Positions 49,273 to 57,813 of a DNA stretch of 64,000 nucleotides are shown piece after piece. The stretch is from an uncultured Planctomycetales bacterium (GTDB lineage: Bacteria; Omnitrophota; Gorgyraeia; Zapsychrales; Zapsychraceae), in contig CAZHWM010000020.1 of NCBI GenBank assembly GCA_964535935.1, positions 65,210-129,209 on the forward strand, read 5' to 3'. The first letter of the stretch is position 1; the number at the start of each line of letters is the position of its first letter. Under the pieces are notes generated by a model that was not told the DNA's origin, made no database searches, and saw nothing but the letters and a program-made list of their open reading frames with translations. Position numbers and translations under genes: made by a program.

Positions 49273-50135
49273 AACAAATCAGGTTGTGGATTCTCTGAAT
49301 CTCTTATCTTTGCCCTTAATATAGAATAATTTCGTTCGGAACTAATTAAATAATAATCCTTTAACCTCCATGGAGAAGGATCCATTGAAAAACAGTCTAT
49401 ATCTAATGTCTCCAATAATTTACCCGTGTCAAGCCTCCTCATACCAAGACCAGCATATCTTAAAATAGGCCAAGACCCTGCAAAATCCCATATAAACGAC
49501 CTATCTAAAGAACCACACCCCCTACCTATGGTTGGCCAGCATAAATTAGCTGCTGCACAAGCAGTTATCAAAAGACGGCAATCACCATATCTCCATTGAA
49601 AATACCGAAAAAAATTATCAGATAATAGAAATAAAGACCTGTCAGTGATTTCCTCATCAACTGGTTTAATAGAAACCAGCTCCTCTGAAGAAGAAAAGGC
49701 ATTCTTGACAAAAAATGCCTGCCTGCCATTACAAAAAAACATCTCACGTAAATAAGGGAAGTATACCACCCCTAACCATGGGGTGAGTTCTCTAATAAGA
49801 CCAATAGATACAGCAAACAAAGGAATACGGTTAGCATACAATCTGGTGCCATCGATAGGGTCAATTGCCCAAATATAAGGCGTATTCTGAAGCAATCCTT
49901 TATCAAGATATTTACCTCTATCCTGAGACTCTTCATCTATAAGCACATGCCTACCCGTCTGAAGATATTTATCTAACCGTTGCCGCACCAATATAGATAT
50001 CTCTTTATCAGCAGCAGTTATAACAGACAAGTCATCCTTTAATACTGGGTGGCTATCATTAATAAGTCTCATAGCTATCTTACCTGCATCCTGTGCCAAT
50101 AATCTCATCTCTTTAATAAAATCAACTTCTTCCAT
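49269..50135 (-). CDS. Inositol monophosphatase (IMPase/FIG) family phosphatase
   Basis: LIDEES, WAIDPIDGT and IWDFAGSWPIL (WDxxAG) motifs. Confidence 0.8.
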   Translation of the reverse strand: MEEVDFIKEMRLLAQDAGKIAMRLINDSHPVLKDDLSVITAADKEISILVRQRLDKYLQTGRHVLIDEESQDRGKYLDKGLLQNTPYIWAIDPIDGTRLYANRIPLFAVSIGLIRELTPWLGVVYFPYLREMFFCNGRQAFFVKNAFSSSEELVSIKPVDEEITDRSLFLLSDNFFRYFQWRYGDCRLLITACAAANLCWPTIGRGCGSLDRSFIWDFAGSWPILRYAGLGMRRLDTGKLLETLDIDCFSMDPSPWRLKDYYLISSERNYSILRAKIRDSENPQPDLF

Positions 50136-51174
50136 AAAACCCCCTTATAGTATCTATAACTACATTTACCTGTGAACGATTAAGTGAAGGATATATAGGA
50201 ATAGATACCGCTTCTCTCATAAGTCGTTCAGTAACTGGACATCTACCCTGATTGACATACTTATGTAAAGGAACAAACACTGGCGAAGCACAATAAATAC
50301 CTTTATGGCGCAAATGGTCAATAAAGGCACTTTTTCGACTACTCTTAATTATATAACGATAATAAACCCGTGATGTATTATCTGTCTCAACAGGCAAAGA
50401 TAATGGGCAATCTGCCAGACCTCTATTATATAAAGAAGCTATCCTTTTCCGTCTCAATATCATATCAGGCAACCTCTTGAGCTGAACAATACCCATAGCA
50501 GCCTGAAAATCTGTCATCTTATAATTATACCGTAACATACACTTCCTCTTATTATCATATTCCCGTAACTCCCTTATTTTTTTCAATAAATAAACATTAT
50601 TAGATGCGACCATCCCTCCTTCACCTGTAGTCATCATTTTGGTAGCATAAAATGAAAATATACTTAATATACCAAAACTACCTACTCGCCTTGAACTATA
50701 TTCTGCACCGACAGAATGTGCACAATCCTCAATTATCGGAACACCAAATGCCGACAGCCGATTCAAATCAGCAGGCTGACCAAACATATGCGCTACAATA
50801 ATAGCCTTTGTCTTTTTATTAACCGCCCTTACCACTGCCTCAGGACAAATATTCCCATCCTGCTCTACGACATCCACAACTCTAACATCCGCACCAGTAT
50901 ACCTAACAGCATTCACAAGTGCAGTACAAACAAAAGAAGGAACAATTACCTCATCCCCCCTACCTACACCCAACACCAGTAACGCTAAATGTAATGCTGC
51001 CGTACCAGAATTAACTGCAACTGCATCCTTAACACCTATAAACTCTGCAAACATATGCTCAAATTCCATCACCTTCCCTGACTGCGCCAACAAAGCAGAA
51101 CCTATAACAGAAGCAACAGCCCTTGCCTCAACAGCACCTACCATAGGTCTTGAATGAGGTATAATCATTTTCAT
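50122..51174 (-). CDS. DegT/DnrJ/EryC1/StrS family PLP-dependent sugar aminotransferase
   Basis: VNSGTAALHLAL and SFYATKMMTTGEGGMV (PLP lysine context). Confidence 0.9.
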   Translation of the reverse strand: MKMIIPHSRPMVGAVEARAVASVIGSALLAQSGKVMEFEHMFAEFIGVKDAVAVNSGTAALHLALLVLGVGRGDEVIVPSFVCTALVNAVRYTGADVRVVDVVEQDGNICPEAVVRAVNKKTKAIIVAHMFGQPADLNRLSAFGVPIIEDCAHSVGAEYSSRRVGSFGILSIFSFYATKMMTTGEGGMVASNNVYLLKKIRELREYDNKRKCMLRYNYKMTDFQAAMGIVQLKRLPDMILRRKRIASLYNRGLADCPLSLPVETDNTSRVYYRYIIKSSRKSAFIDHLRHKGIYCASPVFVPLHKYVNQGRCPVTERLMREAVSIPIYPSLNRSQVNVVIDTIRGFYGRS

Positions 51175-51195
51175 ATATAAATCCCCTTAAAAATA

Positions 51196-51822
51196 TCAAC
51201 TAGCATCCAATTTAAGATACCTTACAGCCTTAAAGCCTTCCGCATAATGAACCTTGCCATTAAATCCCCTAAAATTAGCCACAGCCTTAACACTTTCTAT
51301 AATATTAAGCCCTGATGGAAACACCCTAGATATCTGAGACTCAAATGCCTGCATAACATATATCTTTTCATCAATAACATCAGCAATATCAACGAATATT
51401 TCAGGTATAAAATTCTGGGAAGTATAGTCCTCATAATAAAGTACCCGTTTTATGTATCGTGCAGCAGAAATCACACATTGAGCAAGGGCCCTATGATCCT
51501 GATGAGTATCATCATAATAATTAACATATACCTCATCAGGTTTAACCCTATTAATTACATCCTCAATAAAAGAAACCGTCTCCTTATCAACTTGAATCCG
51601 TGTATCAACGCAATTACCCCATATAAGTTCCTTTGCGTTCAGTCTCCTCGCTGCCTCTTCCTGTTCGCGTTTACGCACCTGAGGATCCCCTGCCTGGCTG
51701 CCATCGCTTAACACACATAAATATACACTATTACCTGATTTCGCAAACTTAAGCAACGTCCCTGCACATCCTAATTCAATATCGTCCGGATGTGCTCCAA
51801 ATGCCAATATATTCCTAGCCAT
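51196..51822 (-). CDS. PIG-L/LmbE family N-acetylglucosaminyl deacetylase
   Basis: ILAFGAHPDDIELGCAG and HQDH motifs. Confidence 0.85.
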   Translation of the reverse strand: MARNILAFGAHPDDIELGCAGTLLKFAKSGNSVYLCVLSDGSQAGDPQVRKREQEEAARRLNAKELIWGNCVDTRIQVDKETVSFIEDVINRVKPDEVYVNYYDDTHQDHRALAQCVISAARYIKRVLYYEDYTSQNFIPEIFVDIADVIDEKIYVMQAFESQISRVFPSGLNIIESVKAVANFRGFNGKVHYAEGFKAVRYLKLDAS

Positions 51823-51853
51823 AATACCATCTCCTTTTTACCCACATACCATT

Positions 51854-51920
51854 ATCCTGCACAATTCAACCTTGTTGATTTGTGCATTTTTCACAAATCA
51901 ACAAGGTTGAATTGTGAAAT
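51854..51920. repeat. Palindromic intergenic element, long form (copy C)
   Basis: Perfect 25-bp inverted repeat cacaattcaaccttgttgatttgtg (51860-51884) / cacaaatcaacaaggttgaattgtg (51892-51916) with a 7-nt loop. The left 38 nt are identical to copy B. Confidence 0.85.
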
Positions 51921-51942
51921 AAAGACATAAAACAAAAAACCT

Positions 51943-52983
51943 TCACTGAAATAAATGCCTGTTATCGCTAACCCATTTATACAATAGTTCAACACCTGCT
52001 CTTGGGGATACTCTTGGCCTCCACTTAAGCAATCTTTTGGCCTTGCGTATACATGATACATACACCTTCTGATCAAATTTACGCCAATCACCATATCTCA
52101 CAGCTATCTTCTTCCCGCTAATATCCTCAAACATATCAATCAACTCCAAAAGAGAAATTGTATTGTCCGCCCCGCCACCCATATTAAAAACCTCAATTGA
52201 CAGATTACTGTTTATAAAACAATCAAATGCCCTAGCAAGATCCTTAACCCATAGAATATCTCTGACCTGGCGTCCATCTCCATAAATTGATATCGGTTTG
52301 CCTAATAAAAAACATCTTGCGAACCATGCAAGCCATCCCTGATCCTCAAAACCAAACTGACGGGTGCCGTAAATACAACTCATACGAAAAATACCACATC
52401 TAAATCCATATGTATAAGCATAATCCTGAGTATAAAGATCTCCAGTGAGTTTAGATACACCGTAAGGAGTATGTCCTGTCAGATCAACAGAAAAATCCTC
52501 TTTTATCCCCTCAATATTCTTAAAGGCATATCTTTTCTTAAACTTTTTAATTGCAACCCTATTAACGTTCTCTCCATATACCTTATTGGTAGAACAATAT
52601 ATAAAAATCCCATTTTTATTAACTTTATGAAATGCCTCAAGTACATTAATAGTCCCTTCTGCATTTATAGAGAAATCTTCACATGGATCTTCCAAAGAAA
52701 ACCTTACCCCTGGCTGACCTGCTGTATGTATAACCACATCAGGGACCTCTGCTGAAAATATCCGTAACATAGCAGTTCTATCCCGGATATCCTTTTTTAT
52801 CAATTTTACCCGTTTTATACCCTCAAGAAAATGCCAATTATATTCAACCGATTTTTTTCTAGACTTAAATATCTTAGAACGCATAAGATTATCAACCACA
52901 ACAATATCATTGCCTGCATCTGCAAAATACTCTGCACAATGCGACCCTATCATTCCTGCCCCGCCAGTAATCAATATCTTCAT
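51943..52983 (-). CDS. NAD-dependent sugar epimerase/dehydratase (SDR)
   Basis: MKILITGGAGMIGSH Rossmann motif and YGVSK (YxxxK). Confidence 0.9.
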   Translation of the reverse strand: MKILITGGAGMIGSHCAEYFADAGNDIVVVDNLMRSKIFKSRKKSVEYNWHFLEGIKRVKLIKKDIRDRTAMLRIFSAEVPDVVIHTAGQPGVRFSLEDPCEDFSINAEGTINVLEAFHKVNKNGIFIYCSTNKVYGENVNRVAIKKFKKRYAFKNIEGIKEDFSVDLTGHTPYGVSKLTGDLYTQDYAYTYGFRCGIFRMSCIYGTRQFGFEDQGWLAWFARCFLLGKPISIYGDGRQVRDILWVKDLARAFDCFINSNLSIEVFNMGGGADNTISLLELIDMFEDISGKKIAVRYGDWRKFDQKVYVSCIRKAKRLLKWRPRVSPRAGVELLYKWVSDNRHLFQ

Positions 52984-53000
52984 ATCATCCTCCTTACATC

Positions 53001-53069
53001 ATCCTGCACTATTTAACCTTGTTAAATAGTGAAAAATGCACAAATCAACAAGGTTAAATTGTGCAGAAT
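53001..53069. repeat. Palindromic intergenic element, long form, inverted relative to copy B (copy D)
   Basis: atcctgcactatttaaccttgttaaatagtgaaaaatgcacaaatcaacaaggttaaattgtgcagaat. Close to the reverse complement of copy B. Local 11-bp hairpin (53007-53031) and an alternative 20-bp outer stem with 1 mismatch. Confidence 0.8.
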
Positions 53070-53074
53070 AAGAA

Positions 53075-53761
53075 TTATGAGCTTAATATTTCAAGGCTTT
53101 TACTACCACAATTTAATAATAAGTCAATAATCGACATACAGGGGAGAAATCCCTCATTAGCCTTACCGAATACCTGGGTATAAACAGGATGGTTATAGTC
53201 CTGAACTATCACATTAATATTATTTTCTTTAAACAGAGACATATCCATATAATCAGGGCCAGATACACCAGACAGATATGTATCTGCACCTAACAGCTTG
53301 CACAAATCAACTAATCTTTGTGTCCTTCTGCTAGATACAGCATAATCTGATGCCCTTACTATCTTCGTCTTAATGCCAAGTATCTCCACTACTCTTAATA
53401 TAATTTCTATATTCAGCTGAACAAGATATTCCCATTCCTGCGTATAGAGTGAGTTCAACAAATCCATAAACTCATCTAAAAACGGTGCCTTACAATAATT
53501 TAAAACTATACTTTTAAAATGTTTCTGCCGCCAATTAGTCTGATTATTAATCCTTACCTCTGATATCTTCTGCCCAAAGTTATGCATAACCGGCACAGTT
53601 AACCATTGCCATCCAGTAGCCGTTCTTATACGATTTCTGTTCTGCCATTCATTCTTCTTAAATTGTACATTATCAAGAAGAATAAATACATCGGATTTAT
53701 CAATTTTATCAAAATACCCAAGCCAAGGCCAATATTGCGGCTGATGAATAGACACAATCAT
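53075..53761 (-). CDS. WbqC family protein
   Basis: MIVSIHQPQYWPWLGYFDKI is the characteristic WbqC N-terminus. Confidence 0.85.
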   Translation of the reverse strand: MIVSIHQPQYWPWLGYFDKIDKSDVFILLDNVQFKKNEWQNRNRIRTATGWQWLTVPVMHNFGQKISEVRINNQTNWRQKHFKSIVLNYCKAPFLDEFMDLLNSLYTQEWEYLVQLNIEIILRVVEILGIKTKIVRASDYAVSSRRTQRLVDLCKLLGADTYLSGVSGPDYMDMSLFKENNINVIVQDYNHPVYTQVFGKANEGFLPCMSIIDLLLNCGSKSLEILSS

Positions 53762-54936
53762 TATCCAATACCCCCCTCAACAGAAAAGCATGAATCATAT
53801 AATTTCTCAACATCCTCAATCATCCTCTCAATACTAAACCTATCCCCTGCCCTCTGCCTTGCACTTTCTCCCATAATCTTAACCTTATCAGGATTACTAA
53901 CAAACTCTTTCATCGCCTCTGCTAACCGTTGCACATCTGCAGGAGGGACAAGCACACCATCTATACCATCCCTGAGGAGTTCTGGTAGACCACCTGTTGC
54001 AGACGCAATTACAGGCCGACCACATGCCATTGCCTCAATAACAGCCCTGCCCATCCCCTCATTTAATGATGGTAAAATAAACACATCCATAATATAAAGA
54101 AGAGAAGGAATATCTTCCCTTATACCTGCAAAGACCACGTGCTCTGATATACCAAACTCCTGGCACTGCTTTTCTAAGGCCGAACGCTGGCTACCATCTC
54201 CTATAATAAGGAGTTTTAAATCTTGAAATTTACTTAATATCCTCGCAAAAGCAGATATCAAAAACCTATTACCCTTTACAGGCTCCAGACGAGTTACTGT
54301 CCCAAAGACAAAATCATCCCGGTCAATGCCCAATCCTTCCTTAAGTTTATCTATATCTTGTGGGCATGACTGTCTGAACAAATTAATATCTATACCGCTG
54401 TAAATCGTAACAAACTTTTGTTTTCCTGCAACCTTAAAACGCAAATGGTCTTCTACCCCTATATCCGTAAGACATATAATCCTATCTGTAATTAATGCTG
54501 TTGCCCGTTCAAGCAATATAAAAAATAAAGTAAGTGGCCTATTAAAATACCCGTAAAAGATATGCCCATGCGGAGTATGGACAATACGCTTAACACCTGC
54601 CAACCAAGCTGCCCACCTACCAAGAATGCCTGCCTTTGAAGAATGAGTATGCACCAAATCATAACCTCCCATGGCAATAATACGATAAAGCCGAACAAAC
54701 GCCTTTATATCATGCCATAAATTTATATCTCTGCGCAAATCATCTATAAAGACGCAATCTATTCCCCTATCCTTTAACTCTCTTGCTATCCTGCCATCCG
54801 GGTCATAACTCCTACCGCTTATCAGAAAGACCTCATATCTGGTTTTATCAAGCCGGGTCACTGTTTCTATAGTATTTGTTGCTGAACCGCCTGCATCCAG
54901 ACGGGTTATTATATGCAATATCTTTTTACGTCCCAT
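53761..54936 (-). CDS. Family 4 glycosyltransferase (GT-B)
   Basis: KILHIITRLDAGGSA and EGMGRAVIEAMACGRPVIAS (Ex7E). Confidence 0.85.
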   Translation of the reverse strand: MGRKKILHIITRLDAGGSATNTIETVTRLDKTRYEVFLISGRSYDPDGRIARELKDRGIDCVFIDDLRRDINLWHDIKAFVRLYRIIAMGGYDLVHTHSSKAGILGRWAAWLAGVKRIVHTPHGHIFYGYFNRPLTLFFILLERATALITDRIICLTDIGVEDHLRFKVAGKQKFVTIYSGIDINLFRQSCPQDIDKLKEGLGIDRDDFVFGTVTRLEPVKGNRFLISAFARILSKFQDLKLLIIGDGSQRSALEKQCQEFGISEHVVFAGIREDIPSLLYIMDVFILPSLNEGMGRAVIEAMACGRPVIASATGGLPELLRDGIDGVLVPPADVQRLAEAMKEFVSNPDKVKIMGESARQRAGDRFSIERMIEDVEKLYDSCFSVEGGIG

Positions 54937-55178
54937 AATATATTTTCAAATACCATATTTGCCAAAACTCCTAAAATATTACCTGTGACACAGTAATGAT
55001 AGACAGCCATATAGCAACTTTCTTTACTTTTACCCACATGCCACAACCAAGCCCATCTTAATACTATATTCACTAAAAATCCTCTCTAAAATACAACGAT
55101 TGTGTCTTTTTCAACTAATGTAAATCAAATTATATATCTATATCATTTGCAAGTGCATATTTTCTCAAACAACATTCA

Positions 55179-55256
55179 CTAATTTCCTTCATGGATTATT
55201 AGCCTAAAGACATTAGTCTTATCCACAGCCATTCCGCATATAGGATCTTTTGACAT
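55179..55256 (-). pseudogene. Truncated YHS/TRASH-like small ORF (25 codons), possibly a frameshifted remnant
   Basis: aggagaataaaaATG then MSKDPICGMAVDKTNVFRLIIHEGN*. DPxCGMxV is the YHS N-terminal signature. The +1 frame continues KEISECCLRKYALANDIDI to 55130. Confidence 0.3.
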
Positions 55257-55312
55257 TTTTATTCTCCTATTAATTTATATTATCCAGTAAAATTCTCTAT
55301 GGCAATTCGGGA

Positions 55313-56485
55313 TCAATCTTCAAACAAAAAATCCAATCCTCTAACTCCGCATTTATAGTCAAACTCCTGCTCTACTCTTCTCCTGCCTTCCATACCTAAC
55401 CGTTTGGCATATTCGGTATCGGTGAGCAATAGAGTTATGGCATCTGCTATTTTCTTTATATCCAAAGGATCAACAAGAAGACCTGTCAGCCCATGCACAA
55501 CTGCATCTGCTATGCCTCCTGAATTTCCTCCAACAACAGGTTTGCCCGCGGAATTCGCCTCTAAAAAGACTATACCAAATCCTTCCGCATCGCCTTTTTC
55601 CTTAAGTTCTCTACTTAACATAACAAATACATCGCAAACATTATACAGTTTAACAATATCATCGTCATCCTTAACAGAACTTATAAAAATGACATTATTT
55701 TTTACGCCTTCTTCAATAGTAATAGTCTCTAATCTTTTTTTATAAGGCCCATCCCCCATAATAATATAAAGCACATCAGGAATATTCTCCTTTATCAAGG
55801 TCAACGCCTTTATTACAATATCATTGCCCTTCCTCTCTACAAGCCTGTTTACACTGAGGATAATACGCCTGCCTTTAAGACCATATCTTTGAATTATATC
55901 TGATGTATCCACATCTCTACTAAACCTATCAAAATCTATCATAGGGTTTATCTTAATTATCTTTTGTTCTTCTACGCCCAAATCCAGCAATCTTGCCTTG
56001 GTGTATTCGCTGTTTGCCACCACCTTATAAGCATGCCTCAAAACAATTAGAAGTAGCATCTTTATAAGAGGATACTTCTGGTATTCCATAATATCCGCTG
56101 AATGGGTATAAAGAACATACTCCTTGCCGGTGACAACCTTTAATAAAAGACCGACTATACCTGTAGACAAAACATGGGCGCAATTGATATAACGAATATC
56201 TTCTCTAAGCAATATAGGAATAGCATAAAAAAATGGCAGGACTATCTTAAACAATTTCTCTACAACAGGAATCGGCACTAAATATGGACGCCTTATGATT
56301 TTGAACTGCTGATTTGCATCAAACTTCTTATAACCTAAAGAACAATGAGCCAAAACAATAATGCTTTCGGCAGGCAGTCCCCTGCATAGATTATAATAAT
56401 ACACAGACTGTCCGCCAATAATCGGAGGAAAATCATTTACAATAAACAGTGCCTTAACATTATTCCTATTACCCTTCTTTGCCAT
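55313..56485 (-). CDS. Family 4 glycosyltransferase (GT-B)
   Basis: EGFGIVFLEANSAGKPVVGGNSGGIADAV (Ex7E). Confidence 0.85.
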   Translation of the reverse strand: MAKKGNRNNVKALFIVNDFPPIIGGQSVYYYNLCRGLPAESIIVLAHCSLGYKKFDANQQFKIIRRPYLVPIPVVEKLFKIVLPFFYAIPILLREDIRYINCAHVLSTGIVGLLLKVVTGKEYVLYTHSADIMEYQKYPLIKMLLLIVLRHAYKVVANSEYTKARLLDLGVEEQKIIKINPMIDFDRFSRDVDTSDIIQRYGLKGRRIILSVNRLVERKGNDIVIKALTLIKENIPDVLYIIMGDGPYKKRLETITIEEGVKNNVIFISSVKDDDDIVKLYNVCDVFVMLSRELKEKGDAEGFGIVFLEANSAGKPVVGGNSGGIADAVVHGLTGLLVDPLDIKKIADAITLLLTDTEYAKRLGMEGRRRVEQEFDYKCGVRGLDFLFED

Positions 56486-57596
56486 AAGCTATCCTTTTAA
56501 AAAACTCATACATTCGCGCGGCAATCTCCTTACGACGAAAACCTTCGGCCCGCCTTAACCCTTTATTTATAAGAGACTCCCTTAATTTATTATCTACTAA
56601 AATACTACGCATAGCAGCTGCAATAGCATCTACATCCATAGGATTTACCAATACCCCTGCATCCCCTATTACCTCAGGGATAGAGGTGGTATTCGAGGCA
56701 ACAACAGCTACACCTGATGCCATTGCCTCTACCGGTGGAAGGCCAAATCCTTCGTAAAGAGAAGGAAAAACAAACAGCTCAGCACCGTTATACAATAGAT
56801 TAGGTTTATCCTTACTTGTAATCTTGCCTGTAAATATAACCCTTTCTCCTATACCAAGGTCTGTGGCAAGCTGCCTTAAATCATGATATAAAAATTCCTT
56901 TGGCGCAGCTAAAACTAACTGTAAATCGTCAAACTCGCAGGCAATCTTATTAAACGCCTTAATGAGGGTGGCAACATTTTTATGCAGCTTCAGATTGCCA
57001 ACATAAAGGATATACCTCGAGCCTATATGAAACCTCTTTTTTATAGTATCGAGCTTAAGACTATCATCAACAGGGCGGAATTCATCACCTATACTAAGAT
57101 GGATCACCTCAATCTTTCTCTCATCTATCCCATACAACCGAATGATATCATCTTTGGAATACATAGAACATGTAAGCACCTTATCCGCACTATTAATCAT
57201 ATATCTGGCGAAAGTAAAATAATACGCTCGTTTAAAAGGGCCTAATTGCTCTTTATATTCGTCAAAGACAAGATACATAAGGTCCAGCACAGAACTTATT
57301 TTACGGCAAGGCGCAAACAATGGAATTTTATAATAAGGGGAATAAAAAAGGTCTATTACCTCTCTCTTTACAGCTGCAGGAAGCCTTAGTTGGTCCCAGA
57401 CAAATGTAGAAGCTTCCTCTATAACAACATTTCTCACATTCCTGCCAAAATCATGTTGTATTGGGAAAGAAGAAAACAGCACACACTCATCATTTGTCTG
57501 AATTGTTGAAAAATATTCCAAAAAATTAACAAGCGGTTTGCCAATACCTGTGTAGGCGCCAGATTGTATTTCCCTGGCATCAATCCCTAAACGCAT
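56469..57596 (-). CDS. Family 4 glycosyltransferase (GT-B)
   Basis: EGFGLPPVEAMASGVAVVASNTTSIPEV (Ex7E). 17-nt overlap with the next GT4 gene. Confidence 0.85.
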   Translation of the reverse strand: MRLGIDAREIQSGAYTGIGKPLVNFLEYFSTIQTNDECVLFSSFPIQHDFGRNVRNVVIEEASTFVWDQLRLPAAVKREVIDLFYSPYYKIPLFAPCRKISSVLDLMYLVFDEYKEQLGPFKRAYYFTFARYMINSADKVLTCSMYSKDDIIRLYGIDERKIEVIHLSIGDEFRPVDDSLKLDTIKKRFHIGSRYILYVGNLKLHKNVATLIKAFNKIACEFDDLQLVLAAPKEFLYHDLRQLATDLGIGERVIFTGKITSKDKPNLLYNGAELFVFPSLYEGFGLPPVEAMASGVAVVASNTTSIPEVIGDAGVLVNPMDVDAIAAAMRSILVDNKLRESLINKGLRRAEGFRRKEIAARMYEFFKRIAYGKEG

Positions 57597-57813
57597 ATAT
57601 TATATCCTTTTACCACGGATTTTAATTACAAATAGTAATCCGGCTTAAAGCGTTATAAGGCAAAGGTATAACCTATCTACTGGTATATTAATTTTAGTAT
57701 TTTTATAGAAAATTTTATAAGCCCTTGATAATATATTATATGGTATTTCACCCATGCATAAAAGGGCTTTGGCAAATATTTGAGTTTGTCATAAAAAATA
57801 ATGTATATTGAGG

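Noticed and set aside
10101-53069. Possibility that the palindromic repeats are a CRISPR array or the terminal inverted repeats of an IS element or MITE carrying cargo.
   Set aside because: The four copies are dispersed, at 10.1, 12.7, 51.9 and 53.0 kb. There is no regular repeat-spacer periodicity and no cas or transposase gene in the window, and I could not identify target-site duplications. They are kept as REP-like elements.
53606-54097. Long antisense or alternative-frame ORFs from the track. Examples: 53606-54097 (+) 163 aa, 26560-27012 (+) 150 aa, 32946-33359 (+) 137 aa, 12093-12497 (-) 134 aa, 14465-14839 (-) 124 aa, 59151-59495 (-) 114 aa, 55404-55745 (+) 113 aa, and the many 60-100 aa ORFs nested in larger genes.
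   Set aside because: Each lies entirely inside, or antisense to, a long ORF with clear family motifs. Their translations are low-complexity (S/T/I/L/F-rich) with no recognisable motif and no convincing SD. They are treated as shadow ORFs.
54909-55073. 54-codon minus-strand ORF from GTG 55073 (MNIVLRWAWLWHVGKSKESCYMAVYHYCVTG...) preceded by agagagga and overlapping the GT4 start by 28 nt.
   Set aside because: No recognisable motif, and it overlaps a well-supported start in a different frame. The evidence is insufficient to call a gene.
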